From assembly GCA_963761335.1 (NCBI GenBank), contig CAVXGR010000005.1:229684-293683 (forward strand): a DNA stretch of 64,000 nucleotides. Direction: 5' to 3'. This DNA is from an uncultured delta proteobacterium (GTDB lineage Bacteria; Desulfobacterota; Binatia; HRBIN30; BPIQ01). Of this stretch, positions 36,852 to 48,970 are shown piece by piece. Within the stretch, counting starts at the first letter, position 1, and each line of letters starts with the position of its first letter. The notes below the pieces were generated by a model, which searched no databases, had not been told where the DNA came from, and saw nothing but the letters and a program-made list of their open reading frames with translations. The position numbers and the translations under genes were made by a program.

Positions 36852-39800
36852 TCAGACAACCGGCTCCGCGGAAGCGGGAGCCGTCGGCGCGCCGTGCGGC
36901 AGGTGCCAACCGCGCCAGACGAAGTAGATGGCGGGGTAGACGACCAGCTCCATGACGAACGAGGTGACGACGCCGCCGACCATGGGAACGGCGATGCGCT
37001 TCATGACGTCGGCGCCGGTGCCGTGGCTCCAGAGAATCGGCAGCAGGCCGGCGAGAATGACGGAGACGGTCATCGCCTTCGGGCGTACGCGCTGCACGGC
37101 GCCGTGGTAGATCGCCTCGCGCAGGTCGCCGAGGGTGCGCAGCATGCCCTTGCTCTGCCACTCATCGTGGGCGACGTTGAGATAGAGCAGCATGACCACG
37201 CCGGTCTCGGCGTCGAGGCCGGCGAGGGCGATCATCCCCACCCACACCGCAATGCTCATGTTGTAGCCGAGGAACCAGATCAGCCAGACGGCGCCGACCA
37301 GGCTGAAGGGCACGGCGAGCAGGACGATGAAGGTCTCGAGCAGGCTCTGGGTGTTCAGATAGATGATCAGCACGATGATCAGCAGGGTGATCGGCAGGAT
37401 CACCAGCAGCCGCTGCTGGGCTCGCTGCATGTACTCGTACTGGCCGGACCAGGTGAGCGCGTAGCCGACCGGCAGAGTGATCTGGCCCTGGGCTTTCGCC
37501 TCGGCCACCGCCTTCTGGGCTCGCTCGACGTAGGTGCCGACGTCGATGCCGCGGATGTCGATGTAGATCCAGGTGTTCGGCCGGCTGTTCTCGCTCTTGA
37601 TGCCCGGAGCTCCCTTGGCGATCTCCATGTGGACGAGCTGCCCGAGGGGAATGTGCTGTCCCATGGGCGTCGGCACCAGGATGTTGTCGAGCTCCTCCAG
37701 GTTGGAGCGCAGCTCGCGCGGGTAGCGCAGGTTGATCGGATAGCGCTCCAGGCCCTCGACCGTGGTGGCCACGTTCATGCCCCCGATGGCGCTGGCGATG
37801 ACGTCCTGCACGTCGCCGAGGGTCAGACCGTAGCGGCCGATCTCCTCGCGGTCGATGGTGAAGTTGACGTAGTTGCCGCCGGCGACGCGCTCGGCGTAGG
37901 CGCTCAGGGTGTTCGGTACGCGCCGCATCACGGCTTCGACCTCCTCGCCGACGCGCTGCAGCGTCGGCAGGTCGGGGCCGGAGATCTTGATGCCCACCGG
38001 GGTCTTGATGCCGGTGGAAAGCATGTCGATGCGCGTCTTGATCGGCATCGTCCAGGCGTTGGTCACCCCGGGGAACTGGACCGCCGCATTGAGGGCGTCG
38101 ACCAGCTCGTCCGGCGTGCGGCGGCGGTGCGCGATCACCTGCCCGCCGGCGTCGGTGATGTCGACCGCCGGCCAGGTGTCCTCGTCGTTCAGCATCACCG
38201 TCGTCTCGATCATGCTCAGCGGCGCCGGGTCGGTGGCGGTGTCGGCGCGGCCGATCTTGCCGAAGACGTGATGCACCTCGGGGAAGCGCTTGATGATCCG
38301 GTCCGTCTGCTGCAACAGCTCGCGCGCCTTGGTGATGGAGATGCCCGGCAGGGTCGTTGGCATGTACAGGAAGTCGCCCTCGTAGAGAGGCGGCATGAAC
38401 TCCGACCCCAGCCGGCTGTAGGGCCACCAGGTGGCCGCTACGGTGAGCGCCGCGGCGCCGATGATGCCCCAGCACAGGGCGCGGTGGCGCAGGATGAACT
38501 CGATCACCGGATGGTACACGGCGATGAGCAGACGGTTCAGCGGATTGCGGTGCTCCGGCACGATGCGGCCGCGGACGAAGTAGCCCATGAGCACCGGGGC
38601 CAGGGTGATCGACAGGAAAGCGGCAGCGGCCATGGAGTACGTCTTGGTGAAGGCCAGCGGCTTGAAGAGGCGCCCCTCCTGCGCCTGCAGGGTGAACACC
38701 GGAACGAAGCTCACGGTGATCACCAGCAGGGAGTAGAAGAGCGTCGGGCCGACCTCGATGGAGGCGTCGCGGATGATCTCCCAGTGCGGCTTGCGGCCGG
38801 CGTCGCGCTCGACGTGCTTGTGGGCATTCTCGACCATGATGATGACCGCGTCGACCATCGCCCCGATGGCGATGGCGATGCCGCCGAGGCTCATGATGTT
38901 GGCGCCGATGCCCTGCGCGTACATGACGATGAAGGCCATCAGCACCGCCATTGGCAGGGTGACGATCGCCACCAAGGCGCTGCGAAAGTGGAAGAGGAAG
39001 AGGACGCAGACCACCGACACCGCCAGCGACTCCTCCAGCAGCTTCTCGCGCAGGGTGTGGATGGAGCGATCGATGAGCGAGGAGCGGTCGTAGGCGACGT
39101 GGATCTGCACGTCGGGCGGCAGGCCCGCCTTCAGCTCCGCCAGCTTCGCCTTGACGCGACTGATGACGTCGCGGGCGTTGGCGCCGTAGCGCACCACGAT
39201 GATGCCCCCGACCGTCTCCCCGGTGCCGTTCCACTCGGCGATGCCGCGCCGCATCTCCGGGCCGATGGACACCGTGCCGAGGTCGCGCAGCAGGATGGGT
39301 GTGCCGTCGGCGCGGGCGCCCACCGCCGCCTCCTCGAGCTCGCGCGGGTCGGTGATGTAGCCCTTGACGCGCAGGATGTACTCGGTCTCCGACATCTCCA
39401 TGACGCGGCCGCCGACCTCGCCATTGGATCGCTGAATCGCCTGCCGCACCTTGCCCAGCGGGATGTCATAGGCGCGCAGCTTCTCGGGATCGACGGTGAC
39501 CTGATACTGCTTGACGAAGCCGCCCACGCTGGCGACCTCGGAGACGCCCTCGGTCGCGGTGAGCTCGTACTTCAGGTACCAGTCCTGGATGCTGCGCAGC
39601 TGCTGGAGGTCGCGGCTGGGGCTGGTGAGGCTGTATATGAAGGCCCAGCCGACGCCGGTGGCATCGGGCCCGAGCGTCGGCGTCACCCCGCGCGGCAGCT
39701 GCCCCTGGAGCTGGCTCAGATACTCGAGCACCCGGCTGCGCGCCCAGTAGAGGTCGGTGCCGTCCTCGAAGATCACGTAGACGAAGGAGAAGTTGAAGAA

Positions 39801-40058
39801 GCTGTAGCCGCGCACCACCTTGGCGTAGGGCACCGACAGCATCTTGGTGGTGATCGGGTAGGTGATCTGGTCCTCGATGATGCGCGGTGCCTGGCCGGGA
39901 TACTCGGTGAAGACGATCACCTGGACATCGGACAGATCGGGGATGGCGTCGAGCGGCATGCGCGGGAGCACGTAGACGCCACCGAGGACGATGAACAGCG
40001 CCAGCAGGAGAACGATGAACTTGTTCTCCAGCGAGAAGCGGATGATGCGGGCGATCAT
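36852..40058 (-). CDS. heavy-metal efflux RND pump, CusA/CzcA family (second copy)
   Basis: 1068 aa. About 60% identity to the 27988-31110 protein by eye (MIARIIRFSLENKFIVLLL.. versus MIGRVIAACARHPLLTLLF..). Confidence 0.9.
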   Translation of the reverse strand: MIARIIRFSLENKFIVLLLALFIVLGGVYVLPRMPLDAIPDLSDVQVIVFTEYPGQAPRIIEDQITYPITTKMLSVPYAKVVRGYSFFNFSFVYVIFEDGTDLYWARSRVLEYLSQLQGQLPRGVTPTLGPDATGVGWAFIYSLTSPSRDLQQLRSIQDWYLKYELTATEGVSEVASVGGFVKQYQVTVDPEKLRAYDIPLGKVRQAIQRSNGEVGGRVMEMSETEYILRVKGYITDPRELEEAAVGARADGTPILLRDLGTVSIGPEMRRGIAEWNGTGETVGGIIVVRYGANARDVISRVKAKLAELKAGLPPDVQIHVAYDRSSLIDRSIHTLREKLLEESLAVSVVCVLFLFHFRSALVAIVTLPMAVLMAFIVMYAQGIGANIMSLGGIAIAIGAMVDAVIIMVENAHKHVERDAGRKPHWEIIRDASIEVGPTLFYSLLVITVSFVPVFTLQAQEGRLFKPLAFTKTYSMAAAAFLSITLAPVLMGYFVRGRIVPEHRNPLNRLLIAVYHPVIEFILRHRALCWGIIGAAALTVAATWWPYSRLGSEFMPPLYEGDFLYMPTTLPGISITKARELLQQTDRIIKRFPEVHHVFGKIGRADTATDPAPLSMIETTVMLNDEDTWPAVDITDAGGQVIAHRRRTPDELVDALNAAVQFPGVTNAWTMPIKTRIDMLSTGIKTPVGIKISGPDLPTLQRVGEEVEAVMRRVPNTLSAYAERVAGGNYVNFTIDREEIGRYGLTLGDVQDVIASAIGGMNVATTVEGLERYPINLRYPRELRSNLEELDNILVPTPMGQHIPLGQLVHMEIAKGAPGIKSENSRPNTWIYIDIRGIDVGTYVERAQKAVAEAKAQGQITLPVGYALTWSGQYEYMQRAQQRLLVILPITLLIIVLIIYLNTQSLLETFIVLLAVPFSLVGAVWLIWFLGYNMSIAVWVGMIALAGLDAETGVVMLLYLNVAHDEWQSKGMLRTLGDLREAIYHGAVQRVRPKAMTVSVILAGLLPILWSHGTGADVMKRIAVPMVGGVVTSFVMELVVYPAIYFVWRGWHLPHGAPTAPASAEPVV

Positions 40059-40063
40059 CGCGC

Positions 40064-41845
40064 CTACTCCCGGCCACCCGCCGCCGGCGTCTTCTCGACC
40101 TGCGACTCCGGCACCGGGATGAGCGACATGCCGCAGATCGGGCACTTGCCCGGCCCGGGGCGGTGCACGGACGAGTGCTCCGGCATCGGGCAGGTCCAGT
40201 AGGCGATCTTCGGCTTCTCGACGTGTCCGCCGCGCTTACGGACCGGCACCAGCTGCATGCCGCAGATCGGGCACCTGCCCGGCTTGTCGTAGAGAATGTC
40301 GGAGTGCTCCGGCATCGGGCACACGTAGAAGAGCTCCCCCTCGCCGGGCGGAGGCGCTGCGGCGCCGCTCTGGCGGGTGGCGTCCTTGATCGGCTGGGCG
40401 CCGCCGACGGTTCCGGGCTCCATGAACTTCACCGCGGCCTCCCGCAGGCGACTCTCGGAATCGAGGAGGAACTGCCCGGAGATCACCACCGTCTCGCCCG
40501 GCGAGAGGCCGGAGAGCACCTGCAGGTAATTGTTGTCGTCGCGCGCCCCGATCTTCAGCTCGCGGGGCTCGAAGTGGCCGGGGCGTGGCATGACGAAGGC
40601 GACGGCGCGCATGCCGGTGCGGATGACCGCCATGTCCGGAACCATGGTTGCCTCGGCGGCGACCTGGCTCACCAGCGACACGGTGGCATACATGCCGGGC
40701 TTCAGCTCGTATCCGGGATTGTGGAACTCCATGCGCACCGGCACAGTGCGCGTTTTGGCTTCGAGATACGGGTAGACGTAGGTAACGCGCCCGCGGAAGG
40801 TCCGGCCCGGCAGGTAGGTGAGCGTCATCAGAGCTTCCTGTCCGAGCTTCACGTAGGGGGCGTCGGACTCGTACACCTGGGCGATCACCCAGACGTTGGA
40901 GATGTCGGCGAGCTTGAAGACGTCGGTGCCGGCGGCGATCTTCTGTCCCTCGACGACGTTCTTCTGGGTGACGATGCCGGTGAAGGGCGCGCGGATGGAG
41001 AGCGTCTTCGTCACCTCGCCGCTCTTCTTCAGCTGCGCGATCTGCTCGGGGGAGATGTCGAAGAACTCCAGCCGCGTGCGCGCGTCGCGCACCAGCGCTT
41101 GCGAGTCGATGCGCGATCGGGGAATCAGTGGCAGGTCCGCCGTCTGCTCGTTGCGCAGCGCCGCGACGTATTCCTGCTGGGCCGAGAACAGCTCCGGCGA
41201 GTACAGGTCGAACAGCGGATCGCCCTTGTGCACCTGCTGGCCGGTCTGATCCACGTAGAGCTTCTCGATCCAGCCGCCCACCTTGGTGGCGACCGCCGCC
41301 AGCGTGGTCTCGTCATAGGCGACGTTGCCGAGGGTGCGGATGCTCTTGTTGAGTGGCGCGCGGATCACCTTGTCGACGCGCACGCCCATGTTCTGCTCGA
41401 TCACCGGGTCAATGCGGATGGTTCCGGCAGAGGCTTCGTCGGCGTACACGGGGACGAGGTCCATCCCCATCGAGTCCTTGCCCGGCTCGCTGTGGGTCTC
41501 CCCGGGAATCATCGACGATTTCCAGTAGAGGGTCTTGCGCTCCGGGGCTGCGGCTTCCGTCCGTTTGATCGGTGGTGACGCCGCCGGCTGGCTGAGACCC
41601 ATGGCGGCGGCGCGGTCCGCGGCCATGGGTTGCAGCTTCATGCCGCACTTCGGGCAGTCGCCGGGATGGTCCTGGACCACCTCCGGGTGCATGCCGCAGG
41701 TGTACCAGGTCCTGGCGCTCTGCGGCGCCGCGCTCGCGTCGACGACGCTCTCCTGGTGCTGCCGCTGCATCCACAGCCAGGCGCTGCCGGCGCCGGCGGC
41801 GAAGACGATACCGGTGAGGGCGATGAGGGAAATGGCGCGCTTCAT
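40064..41845 (-). CDS. efflux RND periplasmic adaptor, CusB-like, with three heavy-metal-binding-domain motifs
   Basis: N-terminal YTCGMHPEV..CPKCGMKL. Two C-terminal copies YVCPMPEHS..CPICGMQL and YWTCPMPEHS..CPICGMSL. Start taken at the internal Met MKRAISL. Confidence 0.85.
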   Translation of the reverse strand: MKRAISLIALTGIVFAAGAGSAWLWMQRQHQESVVDASAAPQSARTWYTCGMHPEVVQDHPGDCPKCGMKLQPMAADRAAAMGLSQPAASPPIKRTEAAAPERKTLYWKSSMIPGETHSEPGKDSMGMDLVPVYADEASAGTIRIDPVIEQNMGVRVDKVIRAPLNKSIRTLGNVAYDETTLAAVATKVGGWIEKLYVDQTGQQVHKGDPLFDLYSPELFSAQQEYVAALRNEQTADLPLIPRSRIDSQALVRDARTRLEFFDISPEQIAQLKKSGEVTKTLSIRAPFTGIVTQKNVVEGQKIAAGTDVFKLADISNVWVIAQVYESDAPYVKLGQEALMTLTYLPGRTFRGRVTYVYPYLEAKTRTVPVRMEFHNPGYELKPGMYATVSLVSQVAAEATMVPDMAVIRTGMRAVAFVMPRPGHFEPRELKIGARDDNNYLQVLSGLSPGETVVISGQFLLDSESRLREAAVKFMEPGTVGGAQPIKDATRQSGAAAPPPGEGELFYVCPMPEHSDILYDKPGRCPICGMQLVPVRKRGGHVEKPKIAYWTCPMPEHSSVHRPGPGKCPICGMSLIPVPESQVEKTPAAGGRE

Positions 41846-43305
41846 GATCTGTTGCTCCCATTCGTCGATTCGGTTGGGGCGGGGGCCGTCGCCGGCTCGA
41901 GGTCGGCGCGCCGCGGCACCTGCACGCCGATCAGCTGGCGCAGGTCGGCGAAGCGCTGCTCCAGCTCCGCCAGGGCGCGGTGGTAGGAGAGCGTGAGGTT
42001 GAGCCACTTGCGCCAGTTCTCGATCAGCGCTGTGAACTCGATGGCATTTGCCTGGTAAGCGGAGTTGGAGGCCTCGATCGCCTGCCAGGCGCGCGGCACG
42101 ATGAGATCGCGGAACAGAAGCGCCTGGCGGTACTGCGTGTCGATCTTTACCAGCGTGTCCTGGAGCTGGAGGAAGATCTGGTTGCGCAGCTCGTCGTACT
42201 CCTCGACCGAGGCGAGCGTCTGCGCGTTGCCCTCGAGGACGCGGGCCCGCAGTCGCTTCCACCAGATCGGCAGGTTCAGGCCCAGCGATAGATTCCAGGC
42301 GTCGTCGCCGGTGCGCACCGGGCTGATGCCCGAGCTGGAGATGGCCGTGTACGTCGTGCCCAGGGTCAGATCCGGATAGTAGTTGAGATGCGCCAGATCG
42401 ACGGCCTCGAGGTCGCGCCGGATCTGGGCCCGCAGTCGCTCCAGGCGCGGGTTCGAGGTGACGGCCCGGTCGATTGCCTGCGGCAGCTTCCACTCCACGG
42501 CGGCCAGCTCGAAGGGGCGGGGCGGGGGCAGCGGCGCGTCCACCGGTCGATTCATCAGGCTGTCGAGCTGCGCCTGGGCCGTGGTGCGTTGCTGCTCGAG
42601 GGTGATGAGGTCGTTGGCCAGCCCGTAGAGCTCGACCTCGGCGCGCAACACGTCCTGCTGCGTCGCCTGACCCGTGCGGTAGCGGGCGGCGGCGACCTCG
42701 CGGATCTGGCCGAGGAGCCTCTCACTCTCGCGGGTGATCTGGATGGAGACCTCGGCGAGGTAGTAGCTGTAGTAGGCCCTCTGCACCTGACCGACGGTCG
42801 AGACCCGCGCCTCGTCAATGCCGTCCAGAGCCATGCGCACCGCCTGCTCGGCGACGCGCCCGCGGGCCGCCAGCTTGCCGGGGAAGGGCAGCTTCTGCGA
42901 CACGCCCACGGAGCCGGCCATCATTCCGGCGGCGGTCTCGATCATGTCGCCGGTGGGCGGGATCAGGGTCAGCATCGGATCGTCGAGCGAGGTCATCTGC
43001 GGGACCTGGTATCCGAGAACCTGGGCCTGGCGGACGGCGCGGCGAATCGCGGGATTCTCGGCGAGGGCGACGCGGACGTAGTCGTCCAGCCCGGCGCCCG
43101 AAGGCAGGGGCTCGACAGGCGGAGGCGCCCCGGCGTGCAGGCTCTGCGCCGCCGTATCGACGACGGCCTGATCGTCTTCGACGGCCGGCTGCAGCGGCGC
43201 CGCTTCGGCGGCGACGCGTCGCTGCAGTTTGCCGTCTACCGCGGCGCAGCCGGTGACCGCCAGCAGCGCCAGCAGGGCGATGAAATGTATCGGTTGTGGC
43301 TTCAC
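41842..43305 (-). CDS. TolC-family outer-membrane efflux lipoprotein (CusC/CzcC-like, second copy)
   Basis: Lipobox LLAVTGCAA. Outer-membrane-factor repeats. 4-nt overlap with the adaptor gene. Confidence 0.8.
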   Translation of the reverse strand: MKPQPIHFIALLALLAVTGCAAVDGKLQRRVAAEAAPLQPAVEDDQAVVDTAAQSLHAGAPPPVEPLPSGAGLDDYVRVALAENPAIRRAVRQAQVLGYQVPQMTSLDDPMLTLIPPTGDMIETAAGMMAGSVGVSQKLPFPGKLAARGRVAEQAVRMALDGIDEARVSTVGQVQRAYYSYYLAEVSIQITRESERLLGQIREVAAARYRTGQATQQDVLRAEVELYGLANDLITLEQQRTTAQAQLDSLMNRPVDAPLPPPRPFELAAVEWKLPQAIDRAVTSNPRLERLRAQIRRDLEAVDLAHLNYYPDLTLGTTYTAISSSGISPVRTGDDAWNLSLGLNLPIWWKRLRARVLEGNAQTLASVEEYDELRNQIFLQLQDTLVKIDTQYRQALLFRDLIVPRAWQAIEASNSAYQANAIEFTALIENWRKWLNLTLSYHRALAELEQRFADLRQLIGVQVPRRADLEPATAPAPTESTNGSNRS

Positions 43306-43490
43306 GACTCCTCCAGCTCGGTTTCCTGCTTTGCACGTCTCCGACGTAGGGGCGGGTTTGCCCAGCCAGGCGATGTGCCAGCGTTGCCCCCCGCCGCCGC
43401 GAAAAGGCGCGGCGGAAAAGACGAGGCGCGCGCGAGCGACGGCTGCGAGTGCAGCCGTTCAGCGCGGTCCCGGCGAAGCGGCTGGAGGAA

Positions 43491-43875
43491 TCAGATCAGG
43501 AGTGTGGAAAGGGCGAGATAGCGGGGCGGGTCGTGGGAGGTGCGGGCGACTGGTGCCGGCAGTACGAACGGCGCAAATGGCGCGAGCCCGGTGGCGAGCG
43601 CCGGCGCCGGGTGCGCCGGCGGAGCGGCGATCGCGTTGCCGTTGCTGCTGGTGACGGTGCGCACGAAGCACTTTCCCGCCTGACAGCAGGCGTGCCCGGC
43701 CGGCATCGGCGCCCGCGCCGGCGCCTTCATCGGCATCCCCGCCTCGGGCGGCCATGGCGCAGCCCTGGTGGCTGGCGGGCCCATCGGCGCAGCGCAGCAG
43801 CCCGTAGGGCACCCAGGCCAGACTCAGGAGCAGAGCGGTCGCGGGGAAGAGATAGCTTCTGACGAGTCGGGCCAT
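43491..43875 (-). CDS. small CC-motif ORF upstream of the second efflux operon, apparently split between two frames (frameshift or error)
   Basis: The signal-peptide part (MARLVRSYLFPATALLLSLAWVPYGLL..C.DG) is in one frame. The HACCQAGKCF..SSNGNAIAAP.. part, which aligns with the 34479-34892 protein, is in the +1 frame. Confidence 0.3.
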
Positions 43876-44269
43876 GTCGCGGAACCGTTGGTGATGCAGG
43901 GAGTGTGCCACTTTTTTCGGCGTTCGTAAACCTGGCTCAGCCAGGCGAGCCTTATTGACAGTGACAGAGACGTGTCCGCAACATTTCCGAATGGCGCGCT
44001 TTTGAGACTCCATAAAGCAACCGGCGTCAGACGGCCTCGGGACAGATTCGCGACCAGCACTCGCCGAGGAACGCATCGCCCAAGGCGCTCATTCTGCGGC
44101 TTGGGCCTGCCGGCTGCGCACGATCCCTCGCACCTCTGATAGCGCACGCCATCCGTCAACGTCGAACGCCCTGCATGTCAGAAGGATGCTGCAGCAGATC
44201 GGCAGAGCCGACAACGCATAGGGCCCTGCCTCTTTCCTAACGGAAGGATTGTGGCTATATACCCCGGCC

Positions 44270-44620
44270 ATGCGCGTCCGCCTGGGCTTTTTCTTGCTAG
44301 CCTGTATGGGCTGGTGTCTCTGCGCGCCCATGGCGGCGATCGCCGCGCAGCCGCCGGGGACGCGGTCTGCAGCGATCGCTGCAGAGGGCGAGCCGCAGAA
44401 CATCGCCTGGGCCCCGCGTACCACCTTTCAGGATCTGGTTCGTTCTCCCGACGAGCATCCGCGCCGCATGGCGCGGGTCGTGGCGGAGCGGCGAACCGGG
44501 ACAGCCCCCGTGGAGCCGCATGGCGGTATCCGCGTCGCTGCCCTTCACCGGAGTTTCTATCCGGCGCGCCGCTGCGTGCAACGGCTGGTGCGCTCGGATG
44601 AAAACGACCCACCCGCCTGA
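44270..44620 (+). CDS. small secreted hypothetical protein
   Basis: Signal peptide MRVRLGFFLLACMGWCLCAPMAAIAA. Acceptable GC3 bias. No recognisable domain. Confidence 0.3.
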   Translation: MRVRLGFFLLACMGWCLCAPMAAIAAQPPGTRSAAIAAEGEPQNIAWAPRTTFQDLVRSPDEHPRRMARVVAERRTGTAPVEPHGGIRVAALHRSFYPARRCVQRLVRSDENDPPA

Positions 44621-44989
44621 TCTTCGGCGTTTCTCACCTCGAGGTAGGACAGAGGAAATGACGCACCAGACGTGTGCGCCGAGAGACGATGCGGCGCCTG
44701 CCCCGGCAGGGCTGCACCAACCGAGGTTCAGGAGAGTGACAGATGTCCACTCATGTGGGTGCGGATCATGGATGAACAGAAACCATCGCCGGAGCCGGGG
44801 CAGCCCGAGCCCAGCGGGTCTGTGCTTCTGGCGCGGACCCTGTTCTTCTTGATCATCTTGCCGGCCATCGTGATCTATCTCGTGAAGCTGTTCACGGGTT
44901 GAAGCGGCTTCGAGGCGGGCGCTCAGGCGCCCGCCCCGGGTCTTTGACGGATTCAGAGGCAAAATAAATCAATCGCAGAGGGATGGTTC

Positions 44990-47149
<2,160 letters not shown>

Positions 47150-47194
47150 GCGGCGGTGCGGGTCGCGAGCACCGCAGTGCCGCCGCCGAAGGTT

Positions 47195-47278
47195 GTTAGG
47201 TGGTTGCGTTGTTGGTTGTTGGTAAGAAGGGGGGACTGACCTAACAACCTAACAACGTAGCAGCCAACAACCCGCCCG
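47195..47278 (+). terminator. long hairpin built from GGTTGTTAGG / CCTAACAACC motifs downstream of hppA
   Basis: GGTTGTTAGGTGGTTGCGTTGTTGGTTGTTGG .. loop .. CCTAACAACCTAACAACG..CCAACAACC. There is no U-tract, so an intrinsic-terminator role is uncertain. Shares the motif of the 54225-54460 array. Confidence 0.35.
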
Positions 47279-47490
47279 CAGCAAATGGGAATCCCGTTGG
47301 GCAAAGCCACCCGTTCTTGGTGTTCTCGTGGCTCTGCGCCGCGGCGCCGCCTCCTTCGCGCCTCGCCATTGCCGACCGCGGCTTGCCGGAAGCTCAGGAG
47401 TCGGGTAGCGATTTCATTACTTTGCGGCTGAACCCGATCACCCTGATCCTGTCCTTCTCACGTCCGAGAGAAGGGGCGCGTAGCCGATGC

Positions 47491-48900
47491 GTGGTGTCGT
47501 GTGCGGCTCTCTTGTTGGTCGCTGCAACCGTTGCCGCGGCGGCGCCGGTGCGTTGGATCGCCGTCGGCGGCGGCGCGGATCCGCGCTCCACGCAGGTTTC
47601 CCTGGAGCAGGATGTGGCTCTGGCGAAAGAGACGCTGGGGCCGGGCGGAAAGCTCTTCTTCGCCGGCGGAGAGGACGCCTACGCGGTGCAGGTGTTGAAC
47701 CAGACGCCACACGGCGACGCGCTGCTGCGCGAGCTGGGTGATCTGTTCGAGCCCCGCGACGGCCGCGACGCGCACTACCGCCGCCCCGCCGTGCACACCG
47801 ACGGACCGGCGACGGACACCGAGCTCTTCGATGCCCTGTCGGCGGCGCTGCAGGACGGCGCCGCGCCGCTCCTCGTCTATGTTGCCACGCACGGCGACGT
47901 GGGCGAGAGCCCCAGCGAGAACTCGATCCACCTGTGGGGCGACGAGGCGGTGACCGTCGGCGACCTCGCCGAGTTTCTCGCCCGGCACCGCAGCCGGCGT
48001 CCGCTGCGTTTCGTGGTCACTTCCTGCTATTCCGGCGGCTTTGCCGAGCTCGCCTTCGCCGGCGCCTCGCCCGAGAACGGCGCGGCCCCGGGGATCCGCT
48101 GCGGCCTGTTCTCCACGGAGTGGGATCGGCAGGCGAGCGGCTGTGACCCGAATCCCGATCGCGGCACGCAGCAGGGGTACGGCATCCACTTTTGGCACGC
48201 CCTGCGCGGCGAGGATCGCGATGGTCAGCCATTGCCGCCGTCGGTGCTCGACCTCGACGGCGACGGCAAGATCTCGTTGCTCGAGGCGCACACGCGGGCG
48301 CGCATCGCCTCGACCTCGATCGACATCCCGACGACGACCTCGGAGCGCTGGCTGCGCGAAGCGGTGCCCGCCGGAGGCGCCATCGAGACCATCGCCGCGG
48401 CGGCGCCGATGTCGTTTCCCGAGGAAGATGCGGTCATCGCCACGCTCGGGAGCCAGCTCTCGCTGCCCAACGAGGTCACCGCCCGGCGGCGCTTCGACCA
48501 CCTTTCGGACGAGCTGCGGCAGGCCAACGACGCCGAGGCGCGCGCCGAGGACGACGAGGCGGATGCCTATGCCGACCTGCGCATCTCGCTGCTCGGCCGT
48601 TGGCCGGTGCTCGACGATCCCTGGCATCCGGACTTCGCGAGCACGATTCGCGACCATCGCGCCGCCATCGACGCGGCGCTGCACCAGGGCACGCGCCCCG
48701 CCGTCTATCACAGTGCCCTCGACCGCCTGTCACGCGCCGGCGATGTGGCCGAGCGCGTGCTGCTCGAGTACGCCCGTGTGGCGCGCCTGGTGCGCGCCTA
48801 TGAGACGCGTGCCCTCGCCAACCGCCTGCGGGCCCAGGGCGGCCCCGCATGGGAAACCTACCGCCGCCTCCTCGAGTGCGAGCGCGGAACCCCGAGGTAG
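47491..48900 (+). CDS. secreted caspase-like (clan CD, C13/legumain-like) cysteine peptidase with an EF-hand Ca-binding motif
   Basis: His/Cys dyad context (VYVATHGD and FVVTSCYSGGF). Canonical 12-residue EF-hand loop DLDGDGKISLLE. Start uncertain: GTG at 47491, or the upstream TTG/ATG at 47317. Confidence 0.5.
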   Translation: MVSCAALLLVAATVAAAAPVRWIAVGGGADPRSTQVSLEQDVALAKETLGPGGKLFFAGGEDAYAVQVLNQTPHGDALLRELGDLFEPRDGRDAHYRRPAVHTDGPATDTELFDALSAALQDGAAPLLVYVATHGDVGESPSENSIHLWGDEAVTVGDLAEFLARHRSRRPLRFVVTSCYSGGFAELAFAGASPENGAAPGIRCGLFSTEWDRQASGCDPNPDRGTQQGYGIHFWHALRGEDRDGQPLPPSVLDLDGDGKISLLEAHTRARIASTSIDIPTTTSERWLREAVPAGGAIETIAAAAPMSFPEEDAVIATLGSQLSLPNEVTARRRFDHLSDELRQANDAEARAEDDEADAYADLRISLLGRWPVLDDPWHPDFASTIRDHRAAIDAALHQGTRPAVYHSALDRLSRAGDVAERVLLEYARVARLVRAYETRALANRLRAQGGPAWETYRRLLECERGTPR

Positions 48901-48970
48901 AAGGGGGAGCGCGACCAGCTCGGCCGCCCTGGGAGCGCGGCCGTCCCGGCCGCAAGAGCCCTCTCAGCGG

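Noticed and set aside
44768-44902. 44-aa hydrophobic peptide ORF just upstream of hppA
   Set aside because: Possible small membrane peptide, but it is too short, has no conservation evidence and the RBS is weak. Left unannotated.
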